DNA of 64,000 nucleotides from Octopus sinensis (GCF_006345805.1 NC_043012.1:45198001-45262000), one strand, 5' to 3'; counted from the stretch's first letter, positions 1 through 13,243 are shown. The notes: generated from the letters alone by a model not told the origin. Numbers and translations: made by a program.

Positions 1-331
1 ACATCAATTCGTCGATTTATATTCACATTAGAAATACATCTAGGGCAGGAGTTTGCATAATCTGTCACTTCAAATCAAGTTCTGCTAAATTGATCAAATT
101 AAATTATTTAACCAATGATTTTCATTTTCTGAAAGCTTGTTTAATATAATTATTCTTCTTAGCATATTTCTGATTTCATTTAAAATACGTGTGGACTATT
201 CCGCTGAAATAGTTTTTGCAAATTGAGACTGAAATTATGGAATTGTTAGATATTCGGTATCGACTAACCTTCTTCCTTCAAAATCGTTGGCCTTGTGCCT
301 AAATCAATGGCCATTAATAGAAAAAATCTAT

Positions 332-485
332 GAGCTAGCAGAATCCTAAGATAGTCGAATAAAATGCTAAGTGGCATTTGTTCCGATTTATTGCGTTCTG
401 AGTTCAAATCCCGCTGGCGTTATCTTTCCTGATCACTACTCGATAAAATAAAGTTCCAGTCAAGTAGTGAACTGAAAGTAATCGT
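332..485 (+). mobile_element. degenerate tRNA-derived SINE (family B in this window)
   Basis: gagctagcagaatc...ctgagttcaaatcc...gataaaataaag matches the better copies at 12500-12715 and 15721-15952. Confidence 0.55.
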
Positions 486-549
486 CATAAATGCTGGCCT
501 CTTACCAAACTATTCCTGTTCTTGTTATTATTCTGCTTCATGTCGTTAT

Positions 550-628
550 TGTAGTAGTTGTTGTTGTTGTTGTTGTTGTTGTTGTTCTTCTTCTTCTTCT
601 TCTTCTTCTTCTTCTTCTTCTTCTTCTA
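550..628. repeat. compound (GTT)n(CTT)n microsatellite
   Basis: read directly; abuts the truncated 3' end of the R4-like element. Confidence 0.95.
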
Positions 629-3060
629 CTAGTCCAGACTTTTGCAAATTACCCAGTGAATATATTGTGCAGCTCTATCATGCCTGTTGAGATACTCTTT
701 AGGCGAAAGAAGGCTGCATATGGAGACAACATGATCAATGGTCTCATTTTGTTGTTTACATAAATGACATGTTGGGCTACTACCGTTCTTTAACATGTTG
801 GCCTGGTAGTTCCTTATAGGTAAGCATTGATCTTGGGCTGCTATGATAAACCATTCTGTTTCTGATTTGAATTCAGAAGACACTAACCATTGTTGGGTAA
901 GGGCTTTGTCAACATCAACACTATTAGCTCTATTTGGGTATTTGCCATTGAGAGGTTTTTCTTGCCATTTATCGGTAAGTATACCTTAGCTTTTTCTGTG
1001 CTTGCTTCCAGTACATCTAATTCTGGAATTTGTTGTATTTGGAATTCCCTTTGATACTCTTTTGCCTGTTTTGTTACTGAGTATAGTGCTTTCTTGTTTT
1101 CATGCTTTGACGCAAGTTTTAGCATCCTGCCATTATAGTTTTTCAGGTAGGTATTGAGACCGATTGTGGCAATCTTCATTGTTACTTTCAGTTGCAAGAG
1201 TTCACAGCCACCCTCATTTCTTGGCAGGTACAGTCGTTCTATATCTGCCTTATGTGGTGCAGTCTATGCATTGTCAAAAATTATCGTATTTTTCTGTCAA
1301 GATTACATATTTCAGTAATTGACTAGTTTATGATATTGAAACTGTAAGTCACGACTGTTATGGTTAAAGTATTGATCGCTTCGATTCTGTTTCTTGCAAT
1401 CAGCTCTGTCTTGAGTACTACCCTTACTCTACGATAACATTCTTTTCTGATACTTTCCCTCATCACTGAATGTTTGGGTCCATCACCATTAAATATCCCT
1501 GGGTATTTGTAGCTCTCCGCTGGTTCTAATTCCTTTATGACATTCTGCAGGTCAAGATTAACGTTGGATGTTTCTGTCATTTTTCCTCTGATAAAGGTAG
1601 CTTTTGCACATTAATCGAGGCCAAATTGTATTCTCACGTAATCACTGAATTGTTTAAGAATCGCGAGTAAGTCCTGCAGTTGTCGGTTATTTTTTGCAAA
1701 GAGTTTTAAATCATCCAAGTAAATGAGATGGTTTATATTTTTATCAAACATTTTATCGTTGTATTGTATATCATCGAGTAATTTCGAGAGAGGCATAAAT
1801 CGTAAACAAAAGAGGAGTGGTGATAGAGAGTCACCCTGGAAAATGTCTCAAGAACTACTTACATCCCCAGCATTGAGAGATCCATTGTCACTGTTCAATG
1901 TCAGTGTGGTTCTTCATGATCTCATACTTACAGACAAGACGTTACACAAAGTAGGTTCTATTTTATACATTTCTAGACATTTCTTAATCCAGCTATGTGG
2001 TAGACAAGATTTTTATTGTCTATCACGGATGTTGATAAGTTTTTGTGTCGTTTGTGACAATCTTCCAAAATCATCTTATTGATGAGTAGCTGACCATAAC
2101 AACCATAGGACCCACGCTTACATCCTTTTTTACTCATTAGGGAATACGCCACTTGCTATTAAAAAACTGTAGGTATATTCAGCCAAGAATATGCATAGTA
2201 CAGGTGGTTGAGATCTGTAATATCAACATCATTAGCTGAAATTATGTCCTTAAGTGCAAGGTGCATTTTACTAATTATTATCAGGTTCTGGTCAGAATTT
2301 CCAACTTTTGGGAGAGTTTCACGTTCATTTATACTGGTTTCTTTAATTTTCAGCCATTGAAACAAGATTTGATTTTTTAGATCATCTAGTTCATTTGGGT
2401 CAATTTCTGTGTGACTTTCTTCATCTACTTGATTTTCATCTGCCTTAGTGTTTATGGCTGGTTCAGTGGGTATTTCACTTTGCTTATCACATACATTAAC
2501 TCTTTCAATCATTATTGCATTTTCATAAGACCTGGGACGGTCTATAATTATTCCCTCTGTAGTATCTTCTTTAGCTGCAACTTCGTTCTTTTATCCTTTA
2601 CTGCTTGTTTAATATGGTCAACCTCTAATTCAGATCGTAATTTCTTTTTCAAAATGTTTCTTCTGACGATGGCAGGTTTATTACTGTCAATGTAGGGTCT
2701 TACTTCAAGGTGCTTATGTCTCCAGTTTAAGTAAGTTTGTACAGTGTTAGATTTATTTGTGGTGTTTATTACTGGTGTTTGCATGGTATGATAGGAGACC
2801 TTAAGATCTCCTTTATTATCTCCCCTAGGACATTTAAAACTGTTTTTCTTTTGGTTAATTGATGACGAGCATGGATGGCCATCCATAGGAATATTCCGGT
2901 TGTGGGGTACTTTCAGCTCCTGTGTTTCAGGAAGATTTGAACCAGTTGCTTATGCTGATACGGGTGATGGTGGATCCGGTCTGTATTTTGCTTTATTATC
3001 ATTTGAACGTTTATACTAGGGAACGGATCTGTCTGTTTAGGGTTAATTTTTTGAGACAAC
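629..3060 (-). mobile_element. R4/Dong-clade (RLE) non-LTR retrotransposon, degenerate, internally deleted and 3'-truncated
   Basis: Minus-strand ORF pieces in the correct order: N-terminal RPYIDSNKPAIVRRNI (2548-2886), RT IFQGDSLSPLLF and HLIYLDDLKLFAK (1611-1850), YKYPGI (1323-1580), then FIIAAQDQCL...CHLCKQQNETIDHVVSIC...RHD zinc knuckle (629-883); many stops and frameshifts; the PD..D endonuclease part is missing. Confidence 0.9.
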
Positions 3061-3409
3061 ACCACCTCCGAATTCTCTGAATAAAAACATTGCTCGTAAC
3101 GTAGCTTTTTAAGGCTATCAGATCTGTATTTGTCTTTTTGATAGATTTATCTCCGCACATAGTTTTTTTTTTTGCGGTGTTTTAAAACTTATGAATTGTT
3201 CATTCTGTGTGTGTTAGTTCGAAAAATAGAAAAAATGCATTTTTTGCTTCGTTTGTGACACGTATTTTCATATGCGTGTATGTGTGTCCTGTAAATTTCA
3301 CGTAATGTGTAAACATTAGGATGTATGTGTAGTCCTATGGGTATTAAAACGTATATATGATTGTGTAGACATTCGAGTGTATGCGTAATTAATCAATATA
3401 CGTACTTAC

Positions 3410-3633
3410 TGTTTTGTTCCATTTATATTTTATAATTTGTAAACATTCTGATGTTGATTCATTGAGACATTGTGCATAAGAGAAACTGTGCTTTGTATGG
3501 CAGTAAAATTTCGTTTTTGTGATTATTTTCGTTAAAAGGCCGATTCCTTCAAGTCTTCCACAGGTTTCTTTATGGAGATCCCGGTGTAGCACATCGCTGT
3601 TGTTATTCGCCGCGGAGCTCTCTATCATCATCA

Positions 3634-3637
<4 letters not shown>
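3410..3637 (-). CDS. candidate coding exon of an unknown host gene (MMMMIESSAANNNSDVLHRDLHKETCG...KWNKT)
   Basis: 76 open codons of non-repetitive sequence ending at a consensus donor ACA|GTAAGT; no recognisable domain; could be a chance ORF. Confidence 0.2.

Positions 3638-3718
<81 letters not shown>
3622..3718. repeat. (ATT)n(ATC)n microsatellite
   Basis: read directly. Confidence 0.95.
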
Positions 3719-3726
3719 ATACTAAC

Positions 3727-3797
3727 GGGTATATGGCGTAGTGGTTAAGAGCGTGGGCTACTAACCCCATGATTCCGAATTCGATTCCAGGCAGTGG

Positions 3798-3802
<5 letters not shown>
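3727..3802 (+). mobile_element. tRNA-derived SINE head (Pol III A and B boxes)
   Basis: TGGCGTAGTGG A box, anticodon-like arm tggg-ctactaa-ccca, B-box-like GAATTCGATTCC; acceptor stem does not pair, so not a tRNA gene. Confidence 0.75.
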
Positions 3803-3836
<34 letters not shown>

Positions 3837-3868
3837 TAATAATAATAATAATATTAATAATAATAATA

Positions 3869-3909
<41 letters not shown>

Positions 3910-3955
3910 TAATAATAATAATAACAATAATAATAATAACAATAATAATAATAAT

Positions 3956-4510
3956 TGCCCTGATGCAGTACCAGGCAGTGGCTCTCATGGCTTCTGATCT
4001 TAACTGATAGGAAGTGTTATCATGTACATTGTTTTGTCTTGGTATAAAAGATGGGCTACAGCAAATATTCTGCTCAATACCACAGATTTGCTTGTCAGTT
4101 GTTTGACCTTAACCAGTTGAGCATGTCCCTTAGTGGCTGACAATATGTGCATCTCTGATCACGAGTAGAAGTAGTGGGGGAGCATCATAGCCATGTGTTG
4201 AGAGGAATTCTTTGGGGTTTGAATAATTCACCTCTGGAAACATGGGTGGTTCTTTCAACATCCTTAAACAACCCTTATTTAGGGACCTTTTGAGCGGGAT
4301 GGGCTACTCAACCTGAAGAAATTTCTAACTGGGCTCCACCGGCAAGGTCATGTGCTGTTTATCTTGATATGAGATTACCATGTCGCGCACATATGGTTGT
4401 GATGCAGGTGCCTGGTGTACCCTTATCAGACTGGTAGTCATGATGGGTATGCTGGGCTTCGTATATTTTACCCCAGTGTCACTTTGATGGCATGAACTGC
4501 TCTCTCACTC
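3956..4510. mobile_element. 555-bp interspersed repeat flanked by (TAA)n on both sides
   Basis: A second diverged partial copy at 58907-59238 shares the same left end and also follows (AAT)n; no ORF. Confidence 0.75.
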
Positions 4511-4548
<38 letters not shown>

Positions 4549-4577
4549 TGATGATGATGATGATGATAGTGATAATG

Positions 4578-4621
<44 letters not shown>

Positions 4622-4667
4622 TATAATAATAATAATGATGATGATGATGATGATGATGATGATAGTG

Positions 4668-4722
<55 letters not shown>

Positions 4723-4735
4723 CAACAGCAACATC
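4511..4735. repeat. (AAT)n/(GAT)n compound microsatellite
   Basis: read directly; a similar (AAT)n tract lies at 3803-3955. Confidence 0.95.
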
Positions 4736-4872
4736 GAAAAATACCTTAGGAATGTGAACCCAGGTTCGAAATATACCCAAGACATTTGATGAAGGCTGGA
4801 GGGTATATTAGCTGAGACGTTGTGTTAGCAACAAACAAGATGAGGACAAATATCCGTCAAATATAAATAATG
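4736..4872 (+). mobile_element. Penelope-type 3' end with degenerate minimal hammerhead-like motif
   Basis: TTGATGAA-GGCTG..TAGCT-GAGACGTT at 4781-4826 with a pairable stem I. Confidence 0.55.
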
Positions 4873-5500
4873 AAAATAATGTAAAGAAGTTATAATGTCC
4901 AATATTTAAATGTAAATATGTTGAAGCTTCGTCAAAAGCCGATTTCTGAAATTCAGTGAATTAATAGAAAGAATTCGTAGAAATAATTGTAAACGGAATA
5001 GGGGTGGAAAGAATTGGTATTCTTCATAGAGAGACATGGGTCATTGAAGAAGAATAAATAAAAAGAAGACACTGGTGTTTACTGACCAGGGATGGGAAGA
5101 GAAACATACGCTGGTTTATAATTGGTCGACGTCAGGATATCTTTGGAACAAGATGACATATGATTTGGAATTTTATGAAAAACTGAAATGAAATTTAAAG
5201 GAGAGGTAATTAAGATTTGTTTTAATGAAAGAATATTAATATATTATTTTGAGACTAATTAATACGGAATTTAGTTGCATACAGAATAAATGAACCATTA
5301 ACAATGTTAAAAATTATTCATATGGCAATATTAAATAGAAATGCAGCCAAAATCTAATCACAAGATTCAAGCAGTTTTATTGTAAACTTGATTTTAATTG
5401 AAAATAAGGTAAATGTAAATTAGTAGTTAACTAAATAGAAAAAAAGATTGGTTTAAATATAAATACTCTTAGATGAATTAGTATTAACGTTTCCTACTAA

Positions 5501-5693
5501 TGGCACAAGGCCTGAAGTTTGTGGGGAGGGGGATAATCGATCCCAATGCACAACTGATACATATCTTATGGATCCTGAAAAGATTAATGGCAAAGTCCAA
5601 CTCGGCGGAATTTGAACTCTTTACGCGAAAACAGACGAAATATTACAAAGCATCTTATTCGGCCTGCTAATGAATCTCTCAGTTCGCCGCCTT
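5501..5693 (-). mobile_element. SINE family B
   Basis: ggcaaagtc..ctcggcggaatttgaactc...gttcgccgcc shared with other copies. Confidence 0.75.
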
Positions 5694-6003
5694 AGACGAA
5701 GTCGTAATACGATTTTTATTTTATCTCCTGATAAATGTCTTTATCAAATTCTATCTCCTTTGTTACCTGAGTTTCTTCACAAGCATGTGACTCTTATAGC
5801 TGTTCATTAAAAGTTAAAGTCTTTATTTATTATTATGTCACCATATGACTATTTAACGTTCTGAGCTCTTCTTTTTGTGTTTCTTGTTCGTTCTATATCT
5901 CCTTCATTTCCTCACCTTCTTTAATCTCTAACTATACAGAATATTACGTTTATATATTTGTTTTGCAAGATTTTTGCTGTGAAATCGTGTGTTGAAACAT
6001 ATA

Positions 6004-6269
6004 TTGTTGTATTTAGGAATGGTCATTTTGCCAGTTTAGCCAATAAAAACACGCGCACTAACGGTTAGTAAGGAGAGACACACAATTAAGAAAGAAAAAA
6101 GCAAAAGACCACAGATGCGGTCACAGACGTGTGACGAAAGAACTCTGGCCGAAATTAGATTAAGTTTAATGTAAAAAATAAATAACGCTGAAGAAAAGTA
6201 ACACCAAATATATAGTGCGTGTGTTTTTATTGGCTAAACTGGCAAAATGACCATTCCTAAATACAACAA
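6004..6269. repeat. 57-bp inverted repeat (6004-6060 / 6213-6269, 1 mismatch) around a 152-bp spacer; probable Penelope-type inverted ends
   Basis: arms compared by eye; the same arm sequence recurs at about 46330-46375. Confidence 0.85.
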
Positions 6270-6719
6270 AATACAGAATATCTCTTACTCATATGGCCGT
6301 TGTAATTATACTATTTTTAGTTGAAACCGTTGTTTATAAATCATAGTGCAAAATTCAGTTGGTATGTTTTCATCTATTACACTACATTTTAAATTGTACA
6401 GCTTTTTCATCTTCCCTCCACATAGAATATTCTTTCGCTTTTATATGTGAATAAATCTGACCATATAAATCTCTCTCATTCACTCATTTGTGTATTTTGC
6501 ATGTTCTTTTACTGACCGAAGCAGTTTGACATGTTTATATTCTCATCACTTGTGTGAAATATGAAAAACGTAACAAAAAATTAAAAAAAAACAATTTCTA
6601 TGCTGGTGAATTTGTTAATAAATGGAGACGTTCAAACTTTCGCCGTTGCAATGTATTCATCTAGTTATGTTAGACGACGTCTTTCGTGCAACTTTTTGAA
6701 ATTTTCCTTGTATGCGTCA

Positions 6720-7500
6720 AGGTAAGAAAAAATACATAATGCTTTGCAAACTTTCCGTCTCTGGGTTCCAGCGATCTCTTATTTCTGTGACCGGTAGCTT
6801 CTTATCAAATCCCACTATTGCTGCTAGAGCGAAAGAACCATCAACTCCTATACTATCAACTCTAGCTTCCTCAGGTTTTGATCTTTCTTTTCATTATCAA
6901 TACTTTACTGGTTGTCACGTCCCACTATATCCATTTTTACGCAGTCAAAGCTCCCGTCATTCCTTCCAAATATCGTCCAGTCATGTATCATCCGAATCAG
7001 AACTTAGACATTACACACCAAACCTACACTGATCTCGTGAATACTCCTCCAAATCGATTTCCAATAAAAAATTATCCCTATCAAAAAATAGCATACATCT
7101 CCATAAATCTAGAACTTTGGTAATAATTCCAGCTATTGCGTCTCACAAGCACTGAGGACATTTTCTGGCAAAAGAAATTCCTTAAGATTACTAAGGCAGC
7201 ATTCCAATGATTGACACTTCTCTAAACTAGATGAGATTCACTCCAGTCCAATAATTGAAATGGTACAGGTCAGGTGAACTACACAATGGTGTATTGCCCT
7301 CTCATCTGGAACGGTGTTGCTATACACACAAACCCCCTAGAGATCATCCAGAACAATTTCAACTTGTATCACTATCTCACTAAAGGAACTGAGCTTTTGA
7401 AGTTAATAGAAAAAATATTGGAGAAAAATAGGATTCACCAACAATCACGACCTCTGGCGAGCCTTCCTTGCCATTTTCGTTTCCACCTGTTTAGCATCCG
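6720..7500 (+). mobile_element. highly degenerate CR1/L2-group LINE RT fragment
   Basis: KLSVSGFQRSLISVTGSFLSNPTI (RT region) and TMVYCPLIWNGVA...LEIIQ (post-RT EYCxxIW-like motif). Confidence 0.5.
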
Positions 7501-8439
7501 GTTTGACTTTCTATGTCATCCCACCATCAACCTGGAGGAACCAGTGAATCAGGACGAAATAGGCGTTCTCGGATAAAAGAAACAACGGACGATGTAAATA
7601 CACCCATGCGTAAATACACATACCTACCTAGCTGCATACATACACAAATGCTTATTTTCGTACATACATGCATTCATTCTTACACGCACACACAAGTATA
7701 TAGAAGGCTGATATAGTAATGTTACCTATGAGAATTCGTATGACGGGGTCCCAATTCCTTTCGCGGTTGCCGCTTACATTTTTCCTTTTGCGTTTTGTGA
7801 TATCCTTGGTTGTACTACAGTTTCCGTGCCATTGTAATATGATTTTGTTCATCTGCTTCGTCTACCATTCCAGTAACTGCGCACTTGAGAAGCGGCACAT
7901 TCTATCAAATGTTCCTTTAGAGAATACAATTGAAGCGAGATTCAGTGGTTGGCTACCTGCGTGCACTCCTGCTTTACTTAAGCCAGAAATGAGGGTTGTG
8001 TAGCCTTATATCAATCACACGTATGATTTCAAGTAATCAGTAGTGATTTATAACCTCCTCATGTATATTCGTGAGGAGAGCTTTATGCTTCTCATTTTCC
8101 TTAATATGAATGCATGCATACACACCTGCATATATTTTTACACTGCAAAACATTTCACAAGAAATGCTGATACACAGACAAATATATACAAATGAAACAA
8201 AGTGAAATAATACAATATCATCCACAGAAATTTGTAAAATTGGTAAACACATACATTAACATTCACTTACACATATATTGTTTATGAACATAAATCGGAC
8301 TATTGTCAAAATAGCTAAATATTCAAATCAGATAGAATCCTACGTTCGCAAGTTCCATTATGCATGTATTCACTCGTACGCTCAATACATCTCTATATAC
8401 AACGGCTGCATTACTTATAGACAATAATACATCAAGAAA

Positions 8440-8614
8440 TTGAAATATATTGACAGAAACACATATTTGAGCACTGTTCTCGTAGATACCAATACACGTT
8501 TACTGTGTGAATCTGGGCGGGGGGGGGGGATTTGTTGAATAAAATCATAATTAACTGATTCTCCTGTATTTTCTTTTACTAAAAACCAGGAACTTTTCAG
8601 CACACCCTCGTATA
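8440..8614 (+). mobile_element. mariner 3' end remnant
   Basis: CVNLGG..DFVE* resembles the transposase C-terminus; terminal gaacttttcagcacaccctcgTA is mariner TIR-like. Confidence 0.45.
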
Positions 8615-8704
8615 CCTGTATTGCTATATACGTACATATGTGTGTGTGTTTGTATGTGTGGTATTTGTGTTTCTGTGTCTGTTTGTATGTATCTACGTAT
8701 GTGT

Positions 8705-8975
<271 letters not shown>

Positions 8976-10959
8976 ACACACAAGCACACACAAGCACATA
9001 TTCACACGCTGTCACATATGGACCATTAATATTTTATTGCACCAGCTCGTTATGTAAAATGTATATGGAATATAGCGTTGCTTCCAATGAATACCCTGGC
9101 TGCTGAAAACCATAGGAAAGCGTCTAATTTACAAATTTATATGATATGATTGTGTAACGTTTTTGTGTATTGAACTGCTTCGAGAATATTTAAGATATTG
9201 TGTAGGCGGAATACTGCTGACATACCTATAGATATTATATCCTTTTGATTACAAAAAGATGTAACACTCTTACACTGATTCTTTTCAATTCATAACCACC
9301 AATTATATGGTATTTTATGTATGTATCAAAATGCTATATACACACATCTAGTTATGTATATACATATATATATGTATATGTGCGTATGTGCATGTGTGTG
9401 CGCGTGTGCATGTGTGTGTGTGTATGTATTAAGCATTTATCATATATTGTGCTAGAAAGATAATGTCAATGCATATAAGTAGTGACTAAATATCTTATAT
9501 CAGAAACTAATAAAATATTCTGTAAAATACGCTGGAGGGAATTGGTTACGGCTTTAATAAGAATCATCAACGTGCTATGAAGCGGTAAGAATATGTGTAA
9601 ACAGGAAAAATAGCGGTAAATGAAGTTTTCTTTTTATGGATAAAAAATATAAAATTCAAGATATATATATTTAAAAATATGGAATGAGAACATTTTATTG
9701 TAAGCAAATAGAAATAGATGTAACGTGTGTATGCAGAGTGTCGTTCATAGAAACACTTAACTGAGTGAAGGATGACCTCGTACAATTCTAGAATAGAATT
9801 ACAAAATTTCGTATCTACGCAGCGTATGCTATAGAATTAGAAGTCATTAATACTTAAGAGATAAATCAAATTCCAAGTTGAATATATTTGAATGCATAGC
9901 ATTCAAAATTGCAGTTTTACGTATATTAAGTATATATCTCATCAACATAACTTCTTTCCAATATTCATTTTAATGTGATAGACTAGGATACTTTACACAT
10001 ATCTTTTGAATTGTAGAATTTACACACACACGTGCGCGCACACGCACACACTCACACACGTGTACACACATACACACACACTCGTGTACATGTATATAAT
10101 CTTATGCATTTGTATATATCTTAAAAAATCGAAATTTATAAAACAATGAAATATGAAAAGGAAGCTAAGAAATTACTATGATTTTGTACATTCATTAGAA
10201 AAAATGAACACAAACGAAAAAGCTTTGAATATTTGATAAATATTTAAGGTTAATAAAACCACGCAGTTACAAACTGGGGGCTGTTAAAGGGCATTGGTTA
10301 TAATGAAACATCCCGCAAAATATCTGCGATGACATCTCAGTAGTGGCTATTATAGCACAACAAATTATGGTTGTAGTGGAGTAGATAAGCCATGGCTCTA
10401 TGTAGACCAGCGAAACCCAGGTCAAGTTTGGATGTATTGAAACAATTTAGAAATGGTTTTCATGACCAATTTAATCAGGGTTCATTAGCAATAAAGACGA
10501 TAATTCTTATAATGAGACATTGTAGTTACTTGAAATACGAACGACATAATTCAATGTTGATTGCAATGAAATATTTTGATGATGCTTAGAACGACACGGC
10601 TAAAGCGAGGTTTTGACGAATCATCTCACTGTTTATAGTAATTAGATCTTACAATCTTTCTAATGACACAATTCTCCCTAACTATGAATATTTAGTGATG
10701 GTCACATCAGCTTAGTATTAGCTGTTGAGGACAAAACATGGCATTTTTAATGAAATATCAATGGTGGCCATTGCTGGCTCAACTACATTGTTGTAACTTA
10801 ATTTGTTACGTACAATGAATAAGATAACGAGACAACAGTAAAAACAACGTAACGAACTAACAAATCGCTTTACGAATCAACAATCAATATTCATTGTGAA
10901 CTACCCAGCCGACACATTCCAATTTCACTGTAAACTAACACAAACTTCACTTGACTCCG

Positions 10960-11600
10960 AATACTGAGCCTTTGGACTCATTCAAAGTCTGTCTGTCGCA
11001 AGAGGGCGTAGTAACTCTCATTACATCTCCAATTTTGAGATTTTGACTACTGTGAGAAAGTGAAATTTCTTTTCTTTTTCTTTTCTTTTTCTTTCCAGCA
11101 CCTCTCCCTTTCTTTTTCTAGCTGCTGTATCTTAATTGTTGCCCGATTCTTAAGGTAGTATAGCTCGCTGCACACAGGACTTTTTCTCTTCATTGTACTA
11201 AGCACAGTAACGCAACACTGTCAATAGTTGTAATGACATAACTAAGCTGTGGTTGTATAGATTTCTACACTTATCGGATTCAAGCAATTCATAAATGCTT
11301 ATAATATTAACCTATAAAGTGAGTCACTTTTCTGTACCTGTGCTCCGGAATCTCTGTTGCAAGTTGATTGCACTTGGAAGACCTTGACCAACTTGTTCTG
11401 CCTGACAGAATCTAAGTCATGTTGTTTTAATTGAAGTTTATGTGCATTTATTTTGCATTCCTTTGTATTTAGATCTATTATTCTCCGATCCAACTGGTCT
11501 TTTCCTACTGTTGCTGTTGCATTTTGTTGCCAACCTTTCAGTCTCACTTGAATGCATTTAGAAGAGCATTCACACTTTTTATGTAAAATCCATTAAAAAA
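10960..11600 (-). pseudogene. possible decayed Ginger/Gypsy-type integrase remnant (alternatively a host exon)
   Basis: LHKKCECSSKCIQVRLKGW...VQSTCNRDSGAQ open for about 95 codons, then KDTAARKRKGEVLERKEKKKKR and LKIGDVMRVTTPSCDRQTL..KGSVFGV, resembling an integrase C-terminal GDxVRVxxPxxDR segment. Confidence 0.3.
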
Positions 11601-12499
11601 ATTGAAAGAAAAAGATGAATGTAATAAATACTATTGTGCGGATATAAATATGTAAGGGAGAGATAGAGAGATAGATAGATAGATAGATAGAGATAGATAG
11701 ATAGATAGATAGATAGAGAGGGAGAGAGGGAGAAAGGGAAAGTCCTATCAAGCATTTTATTTTCATTATACTGTTTTAACTTCCTCATATATACAAAGAT
11801 AGACACATACATACAGAGAGAGAGACGCACACATACATTTGATTCAGTAAGTAAAGAAGCCATTTCTTTTCAATCCAAACTTCCTTTTTCCGTCATTGCA
11901 CAACAAACACGATAATGTGACATGAATCAAACGTGGAAGATTCAAGACTAACTCCGCGGTTCTTTCGATCAGTATTGTTTGAGAAACTCGGAAATTTTTT
12001 TATAACGATTATAAGCAAGATAATGAACAGTACAAAATGTCTGAACTTGTTTTATTTCAAAATAGGAACATTTTATCAATAATATCATAATCTACAGCTT
12101 CAAAACATGTTTCTGCATTTGTTGGTAAAGACTAGTTTTAGCTTACAACTGAGATGAAAAACTATAAAAACAGCGAGTATAAAAAAGAACCTAAATATAC
12201 AGTGACCATTGTTGTTTAGTTTTACTTCATGCCTGATCAAAGATTTCAATTATAAACCTCAATCTAGCCGTCAACATCAAACATCAACTACATTCTGTTT
12301 CCACACATATATTAATCGCTTTCTTAAGGTAGTAAGTTATAATTTCAGGGCGATTTAACTGATATTTCTAACAGTTCGAGTGACCATGTAGTGTCTCCCA
12401 CAACCCAGTTGCCTAATTTAAAGAAATAAAGATTTGAATATTTGAAATTTAACATCATTTGTCTAGAACATGATAACCTTTCGTAGACTTATTGGGTTC

Positions 12500-12715
12500 A
12501 CATTTTGGCACAAGGCCAGCAATTTTTTTCTTTTTTTGCTGGGGGAGTGAGCTAGTCAATTACATCGACCCCGGTGCTCAACTAGTAATTATTTTAGCGA
12601 TTCCCTAAATGTTGAAAGGCAAAGTCGACCTCGGCAGATTGTGAACTCAGAACGTGAAGACGGACGAAATGCCGCTAAGCATTTTGTCCGGCGCATTTTT
12701 GCCAGCTCGCCGCCC
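12500..12715 (-). mobile_element. SINE family B
   Basis: ggcaaagtcgacctcggcagattgtgaactcagaacg...ccagctcgccgcc. Confidence 0.85.
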
Positions 12716-13243
12716 TTTTCTTTCTTAACATTATTGAGAAATCTTAGAAAAACAAACTTATACAAAATAGACTTGACTTGTAAACATTAAAATACAGAGA
12801 CACTTCAAAAAAGTCAATATGCAGCGTTCATTATATCATTTTATCACATTAATATTATTCCTAGTGGGATCCGTGGAGATTCCATGGAACGAAAAAGATT
12901 AAGAGAGGCTGTTTAAGAAAATTAGGATGATTTGCATTTTTATCTTGCTAAGTCATTTCACTTCCTGTCACAATAATATAATTTATGATTTTAAAATTTC
13001 CCTCTGCTAAGCACTTTATATTTATTTCTACCTTTTTGAAAACCATGGAATTCTCCACTTCATATCTCTTCCTCTTCACCTCTCACTTCCAAAAACCACA
13101 AGTGACAGTATAATGCATCTGCTGGCTATCTGCTTTCTCACTCACTCTCACATTTCTCCTTCCTCTTTCTCACTCCACCTGTCCTTCCTCTCTAACAAAC
13201 TAAAGCGTAAAGTGTGGACGAACAGGTAGAAGAATAATATTAT

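Noticed and set aside
45-65. Octamer-like gtttgcat as an snRNA promoter element
   Set aside because: One mismatch and no snRNA downstream.
3727-3800. tRNA-Ser(ACT)-like gene
   Set aside because: No acceptor-stem pairing and no oligo-T terminator; treated as a SINE head.
6125-6160. gtgacgaaag..ggccgaaa as a hammerhead
   Set aside because: Stems I-III cannot be paired.
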